Shown here: positions 24,045-33,530 of the stretch, piece after piece
Layout of the letters: the number at the start of each line of letters is the position of its first letter
Position numbering within the stretch: position 1 is the stretch's first letter
IMG/VR virus record: IMGVR_UViG_3300037467_000574
Span: 1 to 37,755 of that record
Direction: 5' to 3' (one strand)
Length of the DNA: 37,755 nucleotides
DNA from: a virus
Taxonomy: Duplodnaviria; Caudoviricetes
Notes under the pieces: model-generated
What the model saw: the letters and a program-made list of their open reading frames with translations, nothing else
The model's database searches: none
Told to the model about the DNA's origin: nothing
Position numbers and translations under genes: made by a program

Positions 24045-24074
24045 TTGACACGCGTGCGTGCGCGCGGGTACATT
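24045..24074 (+). promoter_or_regulatory. sigma70-type promoter TTGACA-N18-TACATT
   Basis: Directly upstream of the AAGGAG RBS and the ATG at 24102. Confidence 0.7.
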
Positions 24075-24101
24075 AGATGGCGAAGTCCTCAAGGAGCCGT
24101 T

Positions 24102-24995
24102 ATGAGTACCCCGACGCCTTATCAGCCTACCGCCGCCGAGCGCCTTAGGATGGCCCAACAGATGAAGATGGGCCACCCCGGGTCGAAGACGGCCCAGGCC
24201 GCGCGGGCCGAAGTGAAGGAGTACGAGCGTACGCCCGTCACCACCGCGCCGCCCATCCCGACGACCATCGTCGCCGCTGCCGTGAAGGCCGTAGACGTGA
24301 TGATGCCGCAGGATATGGAGCAGCGGGTGTTGCGCATTACGGAAATGTACCTGCGCAAGACTCCGTATAAGGAGATTGCGGCGCAGTTGGGGTTGCCGGA
24401 AGCTACCGTGCTGAGCGAGATTAAGCGCATCGACCACTACCGCGCTACCGCCTTCGCCACGAACCCCGAACTGGCCGTAAAGGTGGTCGAAACGCACTAC
24501 GACGTGCAGAAGGAGACCATCAAGCTCATCCAGAACGGCGAAAAGATTATGGCCGCCTTCGCCGAGGAGTTGCTGTCCGACCACGAGAACCGGTTAGAGG
24601 CTGACAAGCGCAAGGACCCGTACGCGTCCAAGATGGGCATCAGCCCGCACAAGGTACAGGCGTACTTCCTGGGTATGGAAGCCATCGGCAAGCAGAAGGA
24701 CCGCATCGCCGACATTCAGGGCTTGTTGGGCAAGCACGCCGAAGCCGCCGTCCAGAACGTCACCAACGTCCAGAACAACACCGTCGTATTCCAGGAAAAG
24801 CACCTCAACACCCTTAACGGAATGGTGGACACGCTGATGAAGAAAGCCGGGCACTCCGTCATCGGCGGCCAAATTGCCGTCGAGGAGGCCCAGCGCGTGG
24901 CCCACCACCAGTTGGCCCAGGTACAGGCCGTAGACACCCCCAACGGCCTCCCGGGGCCTGTAATCGACGTGATGGCGTCGAGAAACGAGGACTAG
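24102..24995 (+). CDS. Putative terminase small subunit (HTH plus coiled coil)
   Basis: TPYKEIAAQLGLPEATVLSEI HTH and RIADIQGLL helix; first gene of the packaging operon; start reassigned using the RBS. Confidence 0.6.
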   Translation: MSTPTPYQPTAAERLRMAQQMKMGHPGSKTAQAARAEVKEYERTPVTTAPPIPTTIVAAAVKAVDVMMPQDMEQRVLRITEMYLRKTPYKEIAAQLGLPEATVLSEIKRIDHYRATAFATNPELAVKVVETHYDVQKETIKLIQNGEKIMAAFAEELLSDHENRLEADKRKDPYASKMGISPHKVQAYFLGMEAIGKQKDRIADIQGLLGKHAEAAVQNVTNVQNNTVVFQEKHLNTLNGMVDTLMKKAGHSVIGGQIAVEEAQRVAHHQLAQVQAVDTPNGLPGPVIDVMASRNED

Positions 24996-24996
24996 G

Positions 24997-25245
24997 ATGA
25001 TTCGTTCGTTGCTTGCAGCGGCCTTGACACTGGTTGGTGCGGGTGTCCCCGTTGCTGAAGTCCTCGCCACGCCCTCGCGTGACCTCAACAGGCTTGCCGA
25101 CGCTGTTACGGGGGCACCACCTGCGCGTACCTGGAAGGACTACGACCGCAAGTACAAGAAGCGCAAGGCCGCCGGTTACCCGGAGAACTTCTCCAGCCTG
25201 CCGAAGAAGGCCAAGAAGAAGTACCAGCGCCGGAAGAAGGGTTAA
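24997..25245 (+). CDS. Hypothetical protein, hydrophobic N-terminus and Lys-rich C-terminus
   Basis: GAGG RBS; tiles in the operon. Confidence 0.6.
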   Translation: MIRSLLAAALTLVGAGVPVAEVLATPSRDLNRLADAVTGAPPARTWKDYDRKYKKRKAAGYPENFSSLPKKAKKKYQRRKKG

Positions 25246-25404
25246 ATGCGACAGCACGACGCCAACGAACCGTACCCCGAGGACTACGTGGTCTGCACCC
25301 TTTGCGACCGCGAGTTCAAGGCGCGTCACGCCGCTAGCGGTGGCGAAGTGCCCATCTGCAAGGAATGTTCCCCGCCCCAGCGACCGCCGTTGAGATTCTA
25401 CTAA
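25246..25404 (+). CDS. Zn-ribbon peptide, 52 aa, not in the ORF track
   Basis: MRQHDANEPYPEDYVVCTLCDREF...PICKECSPP; stop overlaps the TerL start (TAATG). Confidence 0.65.
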   Translation: MRQHDANEPYPEDYVVCTLCDREFKARHAASGGEVPICKECSPPQRPPLRFY

Positions 25405-27041
25405 TGGTCATCCCGCCGATTAACGGTAACAACGCGCTCAAGCCCGCCGCGCCACTGCCCCAGCCGGGCGTGCCGCTGGCGGTACACGCGCCCGTTGACC
25501 CCGAGAACATCCCGCACGGCTATAGCTACGAGTGGGACGCCGACAACCCGACACACCTTCCCGAAGGCTTGTCGGTCTTCGACCAGTTCCCGGGCGAAAG
25601 CATCGACGCCATCCGACAAGCCTGCCGGATGCGCTTCGACTTCTTTACCGCGTTCGTCCTGAAGTACGACGTTACCGAGTTCCACGTAAAGATGATGGAG
25701 CATCGTCTGACGCGTAAGAACTCGATGACACTCGCAGGACGAGGTTTCGGCAAGTCTACCATCCTTACCGTCGCGTGGCTGCTGTGGCGGCTCATTCAAG
25801 AGAACGGTGGCAACCTCCGCATCTGCATCGCCAGTAAGACCGGCGACCAGGCCAAGGCGTTCTTGGGCCAGATTAAGGCCCATATGACCGACAATATGGA
25901 CTTCATCGCCCTGTTTGGCGAAATGCGTGGTCCCGTGTGGAACGAGGACGAGATTATTGTCTCGACCCGTACCAAGATTCTCAAGGAGCCGACTATTACG
26001 GCCCTTGGCGCGGGCGCTGGCGTCCCCGGCCGACACTTCGACATCATCGAAGGCGATGACATCGTAGACGACGAGAACAGCCTTACGCCGCACCAGCGCG
26101 ACCGTATGGAACGCTGGTTCAAGCTCACCCTGCGCCCCACGCTGGAGCCGGATGGCGAGTTCCACATCGTAGGCACGCGCTGGCACCCCGACGACCTGTA
26201 CGGTCGCCTGGCGAAGCAGAAGAATGGGCAGTACGCCAACAAGCGTTTCGGCCCCAACGTTCTCGTAATCCCCGCCGTCTACCGCGACGAGGAGGGTAAC
26301 GAGTGCAGCGCCCTCCCATTGATGTTCCCCATCGAGTTCCTACAGGCGGAACGCGAGGATATGGGGCTCCTGCTCTTTAGCCTCGCTTACCAGAACGACG
26401 CCACTATCGCGGACGGTGGCATTATCAGCCTGGACAACCTCGAACCGTACGTCTGGCAGTTCGAAGGGGCTCCCGGCATCGTGTTGGGCGGGTTGAACCG
26501 CTCCCGCCCGCCGATGAACGAGCTTATCATCTACCAGGGCGTGGACCCCGCTATTTCGGAGAAGGCCGCCGCCGACTTCTTCGCACACTGCACTATCGGC
26601 ATTTCCAAGCTCGATTACCACATCTACGTGCTGGAAATGATTAAGCGCAAGCTCAAGCCGGAGGAGCAGGTACAGCTTATCATCGACCAGTGGATGAAGT
26701 GGGGCGCACAGAAGATTGGTATCGAAATTAACGCGTACCAAAAGGCGCTAGCCCTGTTGGTCAAGGGTGCCATCCCTTATATTCCGGTATACGAAATTCG
26801 TACGTCCAAGGACAAGACGCAGCGCGCTATGGTCCTTGCGGCGTACACCGAACGTCACGAGATTCACTTGCACCATACGATGACCGACACGATGGAAACC
26901 CTGGTGCAGATGCCTAACCCCGAATCGGGCCACGACGACGACTTCGACGCGCTGGACTTTGCCGTCGAGACCGCCAAGACGGAAGTTCTGTCCGGTAGCG
27001 TCGTTGCCCGAGTTGACGCCCGAAAGGTACGCCGCCGCTAA
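25404..27041 (+). CDS. terL: Terminase large subunit
   Basis: Walker A GRGFGKST, Walker B DIIEGDD, VGTRWHPDDLYG, nuclease GVDPA and HDDDFDA. Confidence 0.95.
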   Translation: MVIPPINGNNALKPAAPLPQPGVPLAVHAPVDPENIPHGYSYEWDADNPTHLPEGLSVFDQFPGESIDAIRQACRMRFDFFTAFVLKYDVTEFHVKMMEHRLTRKNSMTLAGRGFGKSTILTVAWLLWRLIQENGGNLRICIASKTGDQAKAFLGQIKAHMTDNMDFIALFGEMRGPVWNEDEIIVSTRTKILKEPTITALGAGAGVPGRHFDIIEGDDIVDDENSLTPHQRDRMERWFKLTLRPTLEPDGEFHIVGTRWHPDDLYGRLAKQKNGQYANKRFGPNVLVIPAVYRDEEGNECSALPLMFPIEFLQAEREDMGLLLFSLAYQNDATIADGGIISLDNLEPYVWQFEGAPGIVLGGLNRSRPPMNELIIYQGVDPAISEKAAADFFAHCTIGISKLDYHIYVLEMIKRKLKPEEQVQLIIDQWMKWGAQKIGIEINAYQKALALLVKGAIPYIPVYEIRTSKDKTQRAMVLAAYTERHEIHLHHTMTDTMETLVQMPNPESGHDDDFDALDFAVETAKTEVLSGSVVARVDARKVRRR

Positions 27042-27448
27042 TGGGTATGAAGAAGGAACAAGCCGAAGCCCTCGTCACGGAGCATATGAGCCGGTACAAG
27101 GACATCCTGAAGGTCTGGAACTGGAACATCGAGCTTCATTACGGCGTTTGCAACGATGATGCCTTCGGCGAGTGCGTTACCCTCGCGGAGTATCGCAAGG
27201 CCACCATCACGATTAACCTGGCGAAGCACGACTCGCCTCGTCAATTCCTGTCAACGCTATTCCACGAGCTGTTGCACGTCTGTACGGCCGACTTCGACCT
27301 TGTACAAGGGTATATGCGGGCGTTCCTGAAGGACAAGGGCGAACGGGATGGGTTCGACGTAATCTTCTATCAATGCTGCGAGCGGGTAGTCTGGCAGCTT
27401 GAACAGGTGTTTGAGTCGCAGATTATGCCAGAGGAGGCCGCAGCGTGA
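27041..27448 (+). CDS. HExxH zincin-like protein, paralog 1
   Basis: TLFHELLHV with a downstream E (CERVVWQLE). Confidence 0.7.
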   Translation: MGMKKEQAEALVTEHMSRYKDILKVWNWNIELHYGVCNDDAFGECVTLAEYRKATITINLAKHDSPRQFLSTLFHELLHVCTADFDLVQGYMRAFLKDKGERDGFDVIFYQCCERVVWQLEQVFESQIMPEEAAA

Positions 27449-27900
27449 ACAAGGATGAATGTAAGGCTATCGTGGAGGATTACCTCAAGCGGGTAATGTG
27501 GGACTTCCAGGTCAATATGTGGACCATCGACATCGTCTACACGCAAGCGCCTCCAGACGAGTCGTGGACGATGCAGGTACAGCTAAACGCGGCGTACCAC
27601 CAGGCGAATATTCTTATCGACTACGAGCGCCACGATACCGCCGACGAGGTGCGTGCGGCCTTGCAGCACGAGTTGCTGCACATCGTCCTTGCGCCGTTCG
27701 AGTCCTACGTGGCGCTGTCCAAGAACCTCTGCGGCACCAGCCAGGCCAAGCTCAACGCCTTGGACGGCCAGGCACATATCTCCATCGAACAAGTGGTGTG
27801 GAACCTGGAGAACCTGTTGAAGCACGGGCTGCGCTACAACACCGACCACATCACCAACCGTCGTCATCCTGAGTTCCGTGTGAATATGGAATCGGATTAG
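27445..27900 (+). CDS. HExxH zincin-like protein, paralog 2
   Basis: ALQHELLHI with a downstream E (IEQVVWNLE). Confidence 0.7.
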   Translation: MNKDECKAIVEDYLKRVMWDFQVNMWTIDIVYTQAPPDESWTMQVQLNAAYHQANILIDYERHDTADEVRAALQHELLHIVLAPFESYVALSKNLCGTSQAKLNALDGQAHISIEQVVWNLENLLKHGLRYNTDHITNRRHPEFRVNMESD

Positions 27901-27939
27901 GCGGTAACCCGTGCCCACACTATCAGAGGAGTACCTAGA

Positions 27940-28230
27940 ATGGCTAAGAGCGCAGGAAGCAAAAAGGCTAGCACTACTAAGCAAAAGGCCGTCAGCCCTG
28001 TTGACGTACCGGCTTACAAGCCAAGCCTACATCTGGACGGTAAGCAGGCGCAGAAGCTACAAAAGAGCCACGGCGTCGGCAAGAAGGTCAAAATGGTGGT
28101 CACGGCTACCGTTGCTGGACACAGCGTCGGTAAGGATTGGATGGACCCCACGCAGAAGCGGCACAGCACGCACCTCGAAATCGAGTCGATGAAGCCGCAC
28201 AAGTCCAAGCCGAAGCCGAAGAAGCCCTAG
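27940..28230 (+). CDS. Small Lys-rich protein
   Basis: AGGAG RBS; followed by a terminator. Confidence 0.7.
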   Translation: MAKSAGSKKASTTKQKAVSPVDVPAYKPSLHLDGKQAQKLQKSHGVGKKVKMVVTATVAGHSVGKDWMDPTQKRHSTHLEIESMKPHKSKPKPKKP

Positions 28231-28242
28231 ACACGCCACTTG

Positions 28243-28276
28243 AGGCCCCTGGCAGTCCGCCGGGGGCCTTCTTTTT
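28243..28276 (+). terminator. Rho-independent terminator
   Basis: 11-bp stem AGGCCCCTGGC/GCCGGGGGCCT followed by TCTTTTT. Confidence 0.8.
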
Positions 28277-28315
28277 ACGGTTACTGGGTACAATCTTACC
28301 CGGAAGCTTGACCGT

Positions 28316-28338
28316 GTGTAACGGTTTTGTGCTATGCT
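28316..28338 (+). promoter_or_regulatory. Candidate late promoter GTGTAAC-N7-TGnTATnCT
   Basis: Same layout as 30172-30194; lies after a terminator and before the portal gene. Confidence 0.5.
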
Positions 28339-28448
28339 GTCAAGCAGTACCCGACCCGGGGCACAGGGGACACGCGGCCACTTGACGCGAAAACCACGCG
28401 TTGCGCCACCGACCACGGGCCGGGTGCTTTATATGTAGAGGGCCGAGG

Positions 28449-30155
28449 ATGCCGAACAAGTTGAGCCCGGACACCGTCAACCGCATTAAGACCGCTATTG
28501 CTGAGAACGGCGTTCTGCGGGATATGGCGCGTTACGTCACCGATTACGCCAACGACCCCCGCTATCTCGAACTTCACCGGAAGGAAGGCTACTTCCGGGG
28601 CTGGGCCTACGACGGCCGACCGTACGACTGGGCGGGCAATCGCCGCCGCGACGTGTCTCTGAGCCAGTTCGGCGCGTGGACGCCCTCCTCTAACGAGGAA
28701 GTGCCGCCGTCCCGCGTTCGCAAGCCGGATGCGCAGTACCACTTGGCGCGCATCATCACCAACCGGTTTGTGACGCTCCTTATGGGAGAAAGTCGCTTCC
28801 CGCGTATCAGCGTCCCCAAGGACAAGAACACCGAACTCTGGGCTAACCAGGTCATCGAAGACATCGAAATGCAAGCGTCGATGATGGAGGCTGCTACCGA
28901 AGGTGGCAATAAGGGCTCCGTTATCGTGATGTTCAAGCTTGTGGACGGCGCGTTCGAGTTGGAGTGCTTCAACACGAAGTATTGCAACATCGAGTGGGTC
29001 AACTTCGCCAAGGGCAAGATGTCGGCCTTTACCGTCAGCTACCCCTTCAACAAGCAGGAGTACGACGAGAAGGACGAGAAGTGGGTCACCAAGCTCTACT
29101 TGTACCGTCGAATGGTGACCGAGCAGTTCGACGTGGAGTTCAAGCCCGCCGAACTGATGGTCAAGGGTGGTAGCTACGTCTTGAAGGACCCGAAGGCCCT
29201 TCCGGAGCTTGACCCCGACAAGACCACGTTCCACGACCTCGGCTTCTGCCCGGCCCGCTTCATCCAGAACCTTCCTCGTTACGACGAGGTAGACGGTGAT
29301 GCGTCGGCCGAACTGGCGTACGAACTCATCGACCGCATCAACGAGAACCTTAGCGGCATCAACGCCGCCACCCAAGGCAACCTCGACCCCACGCTGGTCC
29401 TCAAGATGACGCCGGATGACTTCCGCCGCCTTGAGGAGACCGGCGGTCCCATTCAGCAAGGCAGCGACGGTTACGCCCTTGTGGTCGGTGCCACGGGTGA
29501 CGCCAAGTACATCGAGATTACCTGCGCCGGTATCGAAGTGGCGATGAAGATTATCGACAAGATGCGCGAGTGGGCGTTGGAAATGTGTGATTGCATCATT
29601 GCCGACCCCCACAAGCTTAGCGGCGCTGCGCAGTCCGACTCGGCTATCTCCAAGCTGTACGCCCCTATGCTGTCGAAGCTCGGCTTGATGCGCATCCAGT
29701 ACGGACGCGCCATCCGTGGGCTGCTCGCCGATATGATTGCGGCGTATCACGCCAAGTCGGCCGTGCAGGTCACCGAAGAAGGCCCCGTGGTGCATACCTT
29801 CACGCCGGTAGAGGTCTTGGACCCGCAGACGCAAAGCGTGGTGGAAGTTAAGCCCAAGAAGGGTATCAAGGCCACGGACATCAAGACTACCTGGGGTCGT
29901 TACTTCGAACCCAGCGCGAACGACGTGTTCCAGTACACCGAAGCCGCCGTTATGGCCGCTGGCGGTAAGGCCGTTACGACGCAGGCGCAGGGTGCGCGCT
30001 TCCTTGCGGGTATCCTCGGTGACCCCTCCGTCGAGACCACCATCGTCAAGTTGGAGAAGGAGACCGAGGATGCGCAAAAGCTGGCAGAGAAGGCGGCGAC
30101 CGCTTCTCCGGCTCGCCCACCCAGCGTAGCTACCGAAGACAAGGTAAAAACTTGA
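28449..30155 (+). CDS. Portal protein, SPP1 gp6-like
   Basis: 568 aa after TerL; HDLGFCPARFIQN, LIDRINENLS, AQSDSAISKLYAPM resemble gp6-type portals. Confidence 0.85.
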   Translation: MPNKLSPDTVNRIKTAIAENGVLRDMARYVTDYANDPRYLELHRKEGYFRGWAYDGRPYDWAGNRRRDVSLSQFGAWTPSSNEEVPPSRVRKPDAQYHLARIITNRFVTLLMGESRFPRISVPKDKNTELWANQVIEDIEMQASMMEAATEGGNKGSVIVMFKLVDGAFELECFNTKYCNIEWVNFAKGKMSAFTVSYPFNKQEYDEKDEKWVTKLYLYRRMVTEQFDVEFKPAELMVKGGSYVLKDPKALPELDPDKTTFHDLGFCPARFIQNLPRYDEVDGDASAELAYELIDRINENLSGINAATQGNLDPTLVLKMTPDDFRRLEETGGPIQQGSDGYALVVGATGDAKYIEITCAGIEVAMKIIDKMREWALEMCDCIIADPHKLSGAAQSDSAISKLYAPMLSKLGLMRIQYGRAIRGLLADMIAAYHAKSAVQVTEEGPVVHTFTPVEVLDPQTQSVVEVKPKKGIKATDIKTTWGRYFEPSANDVFQYTEAAVMAAGGKAVTTQAQGARFLAGILGDPSVETTIVKLEKETEDAQKLAEKAATASPARPPSVATEDKVKT

Positions 30156-30171
30156 CAAACGCCCTTGTCAG

Positions 30172-30194
30172 GTGTAACCGCGTAGTGTTATCCT
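30172..30194 (+). promoter_or_regulatory. Candidate late promoter GTGTAAC-N7-TGnTATnCT
   Basis: Extended -10 TGtTATCCT, with TTGTCA 18 bp upstream. Confidence 0.5.
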
Positions 30195-30241
30195 CGTAAC
30201 GACCTACCGGTACAAGCTACACCTGATAGGAGGTAACCCCA

Positions 30242-30772
30242 ATGTCCAACAACCGGACCCCCCAGGCGCTGGGCCTGCGCGAGCTGAACAACCCCACGCC
30301 CGGCGTCCTGTCGTCCGTGCTGGCGGCCATCACCTGCGCGGCGTTCGGCGCGAGCGCGACCGTCCCCTTCGGCGACCTGGTGAACAAGCTCATCGCCCAG
30401 GGCAACCAGGGCTCGTCCTCGACCGCCGCCGCCCGCACCGCCACCGTGGCGGGTACCGTCGCGGCCGGTGACGTGCTGACCCTGACCATCGGCGGCGTGG
30501 CCTTCCCCCACACCATCGTTGACGGCACCGACGCCACCAGCGCCGCTACGGAGTACAAGAACTCCCTGAACGCCGATGCGACGTTCTCGGCCGCCTACAC
30601 CGCGTCCAACGCGGCGGGCGTCATCACCATCACCGCCAAGCGCAAGGGTACCGGCGGCAACGCCATCACCTTCGCCGCTGCCAAGACCGGCTCCGGTGGC
30701 ACCACGTTCACCGCCGCTGGCGCGACCCTGACCGGGGCTACCGGCGTGGACGACCTGCTCGCCATCGTCTAA
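30242..30772 (+). CDS. Ala/Thr-rich virion protein, possible head decoration
   Basis: AGGAGG RBS; beta-rich domain shared with the sheath and the 34688 protein. Confidence 0.65.
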   Translation: MSNNRTPQALGLRELNNPTPGVLSSVLAAITCAAFGASATVPFGDLVNKLIAQGNQGSSSTAAARTATVAGTVAAGDVLTLTIGGVAFPHTIVDGTDATSAATEYKNSLNADATFSAAYTASNAAGVITITAKRKGTGGNAITFAAAKTGSGGTTFTAAGATLTGATGVDDLLAIV

Positions 30773-30874
30773 CCCCTGGTCGGTTTCAATATAACCCAAC
30801 GGCGGTAGGAAGGAATTATCGCCAAAACTTACGCAGGAGTGGATATTGCGGTCAACCACCGAAGAAAGGCACCA

Positions 30875-31663
30875 ATGACGACGACTATCGCGCACTCGGT
30901 ATCCCTTACGCCTCGCCCGGGGCAGTTCCCAGCCGTTATTCGGTTCCGACCGACCGGCGGCGATGACGAGAACCCGGGCGGAACTGGCGACCCCAACAAC
31001 CAGCCTGGCAACGGCGAAGAAACCCCTCCCGGCAGCACGCAGGGGTCGGAAAACCCTCCGGGGGACGCTACGCCGCCAAAGGTCATCACCTTCACCCCCG
31101 ACAAGCTCAAGGAACGGCTGCAACGCGAGGCGCAGACCACCGAGAAGGAGTTGTGGAAGAAGTTGGGCGTCACCAACGCGGAGGACGCCGCTGCACGGCT
31201 GAAGAAGCTCAACGACCTGGAGGACGCCCAGCGTTCTGAGGTCGAAAAGCTCCAGAAGCGCGCAGAGGACGCCGAGAAGGAAGCCAACGAGTACAAGGAC
31301 ATCGCCCAGCGCGAGGTCTCCAACCGGAAGCTCCAAGAGCGTAACGCCGTCATCAAGGAAGCCGCCACGGACGCCGGGGTGAACCCCGCGTACCTGGACG
31401 TGCTGACCCCTCTCATCGAGAAGGTCATCACGGAGAACTTCGAAGGTGTTGAGGACTTCACGGCTGCCGACCTCAAGGTCCACGTCGAGAAGCTTCGTAC
31501 CGACAAGCCCGCGCTGTTCGAGGCGGTCAAAACGCCCGCCGCGACCAGCCCGGGGCACAAGACCCCGCCGCCCAAGCCCAAGGATAAGCAGGAAAAGTTC
31601 ACCGTCAAGGGTATGTCCGACAAGGAATACAACGACTACCTGCGTTCCAAGGGCCTCAAATAA
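30875..31663 (+). CDS. Capsid scaffolding protein
   Basis: Disordered acidic N-terminus, long coiled coil and KPALF motif, directly before the major capsid gene. Confidence 0.8.
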   Translation: MTTTIAHSVSLTPRPGQFPAVIRFRPTGGDDENPGGTGDPNNQPGNGEETPPGSTQGSENPPGDATPPKVITFTPDKLKERLQREAQTTEKELWKKLGVTNAEDAAARLKKLNDLEDAQRSEVEKLQKRAEDAEKEANEYKDIAQREVSNRKLQERNAVIKEAATDAGVNPAYLDVLTPLIEKVITENFEGVEDFTAADLKVHVEKLRTDKPALFEAVKTPAATSPGHKTPPPKPKDKQEKFTVKGMSDKEYNDYLRSKGLK

Positions 31664-31676
31664 GGAGTACGCCACA

Positions 31677-33038
31677 ATGGCTATCCAGTTCCCTCCTGCG
31701 GTGCAAGCCCTCATCGACGACGGCGTGCTCATCCGCACCATCGAAACCGCGCTGCGCCCCAAGCAGCTTTTCCGCACCGTTGCGGCCGTCCGCGAGAAGT
31801 TCGAGGGTGAGATTGGCGAGACCAAGACCTACACCCGCGAGGGCCTGTTCGGCATCGACACCCGGCCGAACACCCCCGGCCAGGACCCCACGCCCCAGGC
31901 CGACGCGTCGGTGGAGCAGTGGACGGTCTCGCCGAAGCAGTGGGCCGACACCAAGGACACCCTGCTGCCGAACTCGTACATCAGCATCCAGCGCAAGGTG
32001 CGCGCCGACGCGGAGAAGCTCGCCATCCAGGCTGGCACCACCATCGCCCACGTCGCCCGCAACAAGATGTACGGCGCGTATATGGGCGGTAACGCCTACA
32101 TCAGCGCCACCAAGGGCTCCTCGACCAGCATCCCCGTCAACACCCTCCAGGGCTTCGACAAGGTGATGGTCAACGGCACCCCCAAGGACGTGTCGGCCAG
32201 CAACCCGCTCACCATCACCATCAACGGCGTGCCGAACACGGTCGTCGGCGTCCAACCGAACGACGCCAGCGTGCCCAACGGCCCCGGCCTGCTGACGGTC
32301 GGTACGGCGGTCGCGGTCACCCAGTACCAGCCGGTGCTGGCTGCGAACCGTTCGGTCATCCTCCGCGCCGGTGGCGGCACGAGCAGCAACGCGCTGACCT
32401 CGACCAGCCTCCTGACGCTCCGGATGATTCGTCAGGGCGTCACGATGCTCCGCAAGGCCCAGGTGCCCACGTACGACGATGGTACGTACCACATGCACTT
32501 GGACGAGGACTCCGAGGCGTGCTTGTTCGAGGACGCGGAGTTCAAGTCGATGCTGACGGGCGTCCCCGACGACCACCAGCACCGCGCCTTCGCCATCGGC
32601 AACTGCGTCGGCGTCACCTTCCTCCGCAACTCCGAGTGCCCCAACGCGGGCAACACGGATGCCACCAAGGACTACATCCCCGGCGACACCATCGTCCAGA
32701 ACGGCGCTGGCGCGGGCCTGGAGATTAAGCGTCCCATCCTGTGCGGTCAGACCTCCATCCGCGAGGTTTACATCCCCGTGCAGGCGTACGTGGACGAGTC
32801 CGGCGTTGCGCCGTTCGGTTCGGTCGGCGAGTTCACGTCGGGCGAGCAGGACGCCGAGGCGTGGCTGGAGGGCATCCGCTTCATGGTGCGCCCGCCGATG
32901 GACCGCCTGAAGCAGCGGATGGACCAGACCTGGTCGTTCGAAGGCGACTGGGGCATCCCGACCGACTCCGTCAACTACGTCAACCGCCAGTCGATGTACT
33001 TGCGCGCCGTCGTGATGGAGCACGTCCCGGCCTACTAA
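31677..33038 (+). CDS. Major capsid protein
   Basis: 453 aa, AAGGAG RBS, extreme codon bias, follows the scaffold; GETKTYTR...LRKAQVP..DGTYHMHL pattern of HK97-fold capsids. Confidence 0.88.
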   Translation: MAIQFPPAVQALIDDGVLIRTIETALRPKQLFRTVAAVREKFEGEIGETKTYTREGLFGIDTRPNTPGQDPTPQADASVEQWTVSPKQWADTKDTLLPNSYISIQRKVRADAEKLAIQAGTTIAHVARNKMYGAYMGGNAYISATKGSSTSIPVNTLQGFDKVMVNGTPKDVSASNPLTITINGVPNTVVGVQPNDASVPNGPGLLTVGTAVAVTQYQPVLAANRSVILRAGGGTSSNALTSTSLLTLRMIRQGVTMLRKAQVPTYDDGTYHMHLDEDSEACLFEDAEFKSMLTGVPDDHQHRAFAIGNCVGVTFLRNSECPNAGNTDATKDYIPGDTIVQNGAGAGLEIKRPILCGQTSIREVYIPVQAYVDESGVAPFGSVGEFTSGEQDAEAWLEGIRFMVRPPMDRLKQRMDQTWSFEGDWGIPTDSVNYVNRQSMYLRAVVMEHVPAY

Positions 33039-33052
33039 GGCCACAACACGGT

Positions 33053-33080
33053 GGGGAGCGCCAGCAACGGCGCTCCCCTT
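33053..33080 (+). terminator. 10-bp hairpin after the capsid gene, weak terminator or mRNA stabiliser
   Basis: GGGGAGCGCC-AGCAAC-GGCGCTCCCC followed by TT only. Confidence 0.55.
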
Positions 33081-33128
33081 CCCTAGCTAGTGATAAGGTT
33101 GGCGCAAGCCAATAAGGAGGAAACCACA

Positions 33129-33524
33129 ATGGCTGGTGAAGCAAAGAACGCAAGCAAGGGCGCTGCGGCGGCGAAGGAGTCGTCACCGGTAGCCGCTGGA
33201 GCGACCGCGCCTGCGGACGCGCTGAACCAGCCTGCCTCCGACGCCGCCGAGGCGGCCCCGGCTGCGCCCCAGGAAGCCCCCGCCGAAGCGACCGAGGAGC
33301 TTCCCGACCCCCCGATGTACGTGCGCGTGCTGGAAGCCGGTACCGCCGTTCTGCCCGACCAGGGCGGGCGCATCACCTTCGAGAAGGGCCGCGAGTTCGT
33401 GGAGTGGGACTTCGACTGGCAGACGATGGCCCGACAGGGCGTCAAGCTGGAAGGCTTCTTCCCCGGCTCCGATGGCGAGCCCATCGACCTCAACGACTTC
33501 GTCAACAGCCCCGACGAGGAGTAA
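33129..33524 (+). CDS. Acidic Ala/Pro-rich protein following the capsid gene
   Basis: TAAGGAGG RBS before the ATG at 33129. Confidence 0.8.
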   Translation: MAGEAKNASKGAAAAKESSPVAAGATAPADALNQPASDAAEAAPAAPQEAPAEATEELPDPPMYVRVLEAGTAVLPDQGGRITFEKGREFVEWDFDWQTMARQGVKLEGFFPGSDGEPIDLNDFVNSPDEE

Positions 33525-33530
33525 GACCCA

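Noticed and set aside
31446-31676. 77-codon N-terminal extension of the capsid ORF, suggesting a scaffold-capsid frameshift
   Set aside because: It overlaps the scaffold in another frame, there is a strong AAGGAG RBS at the ATG 31677, and I saw no convincing slippery site.
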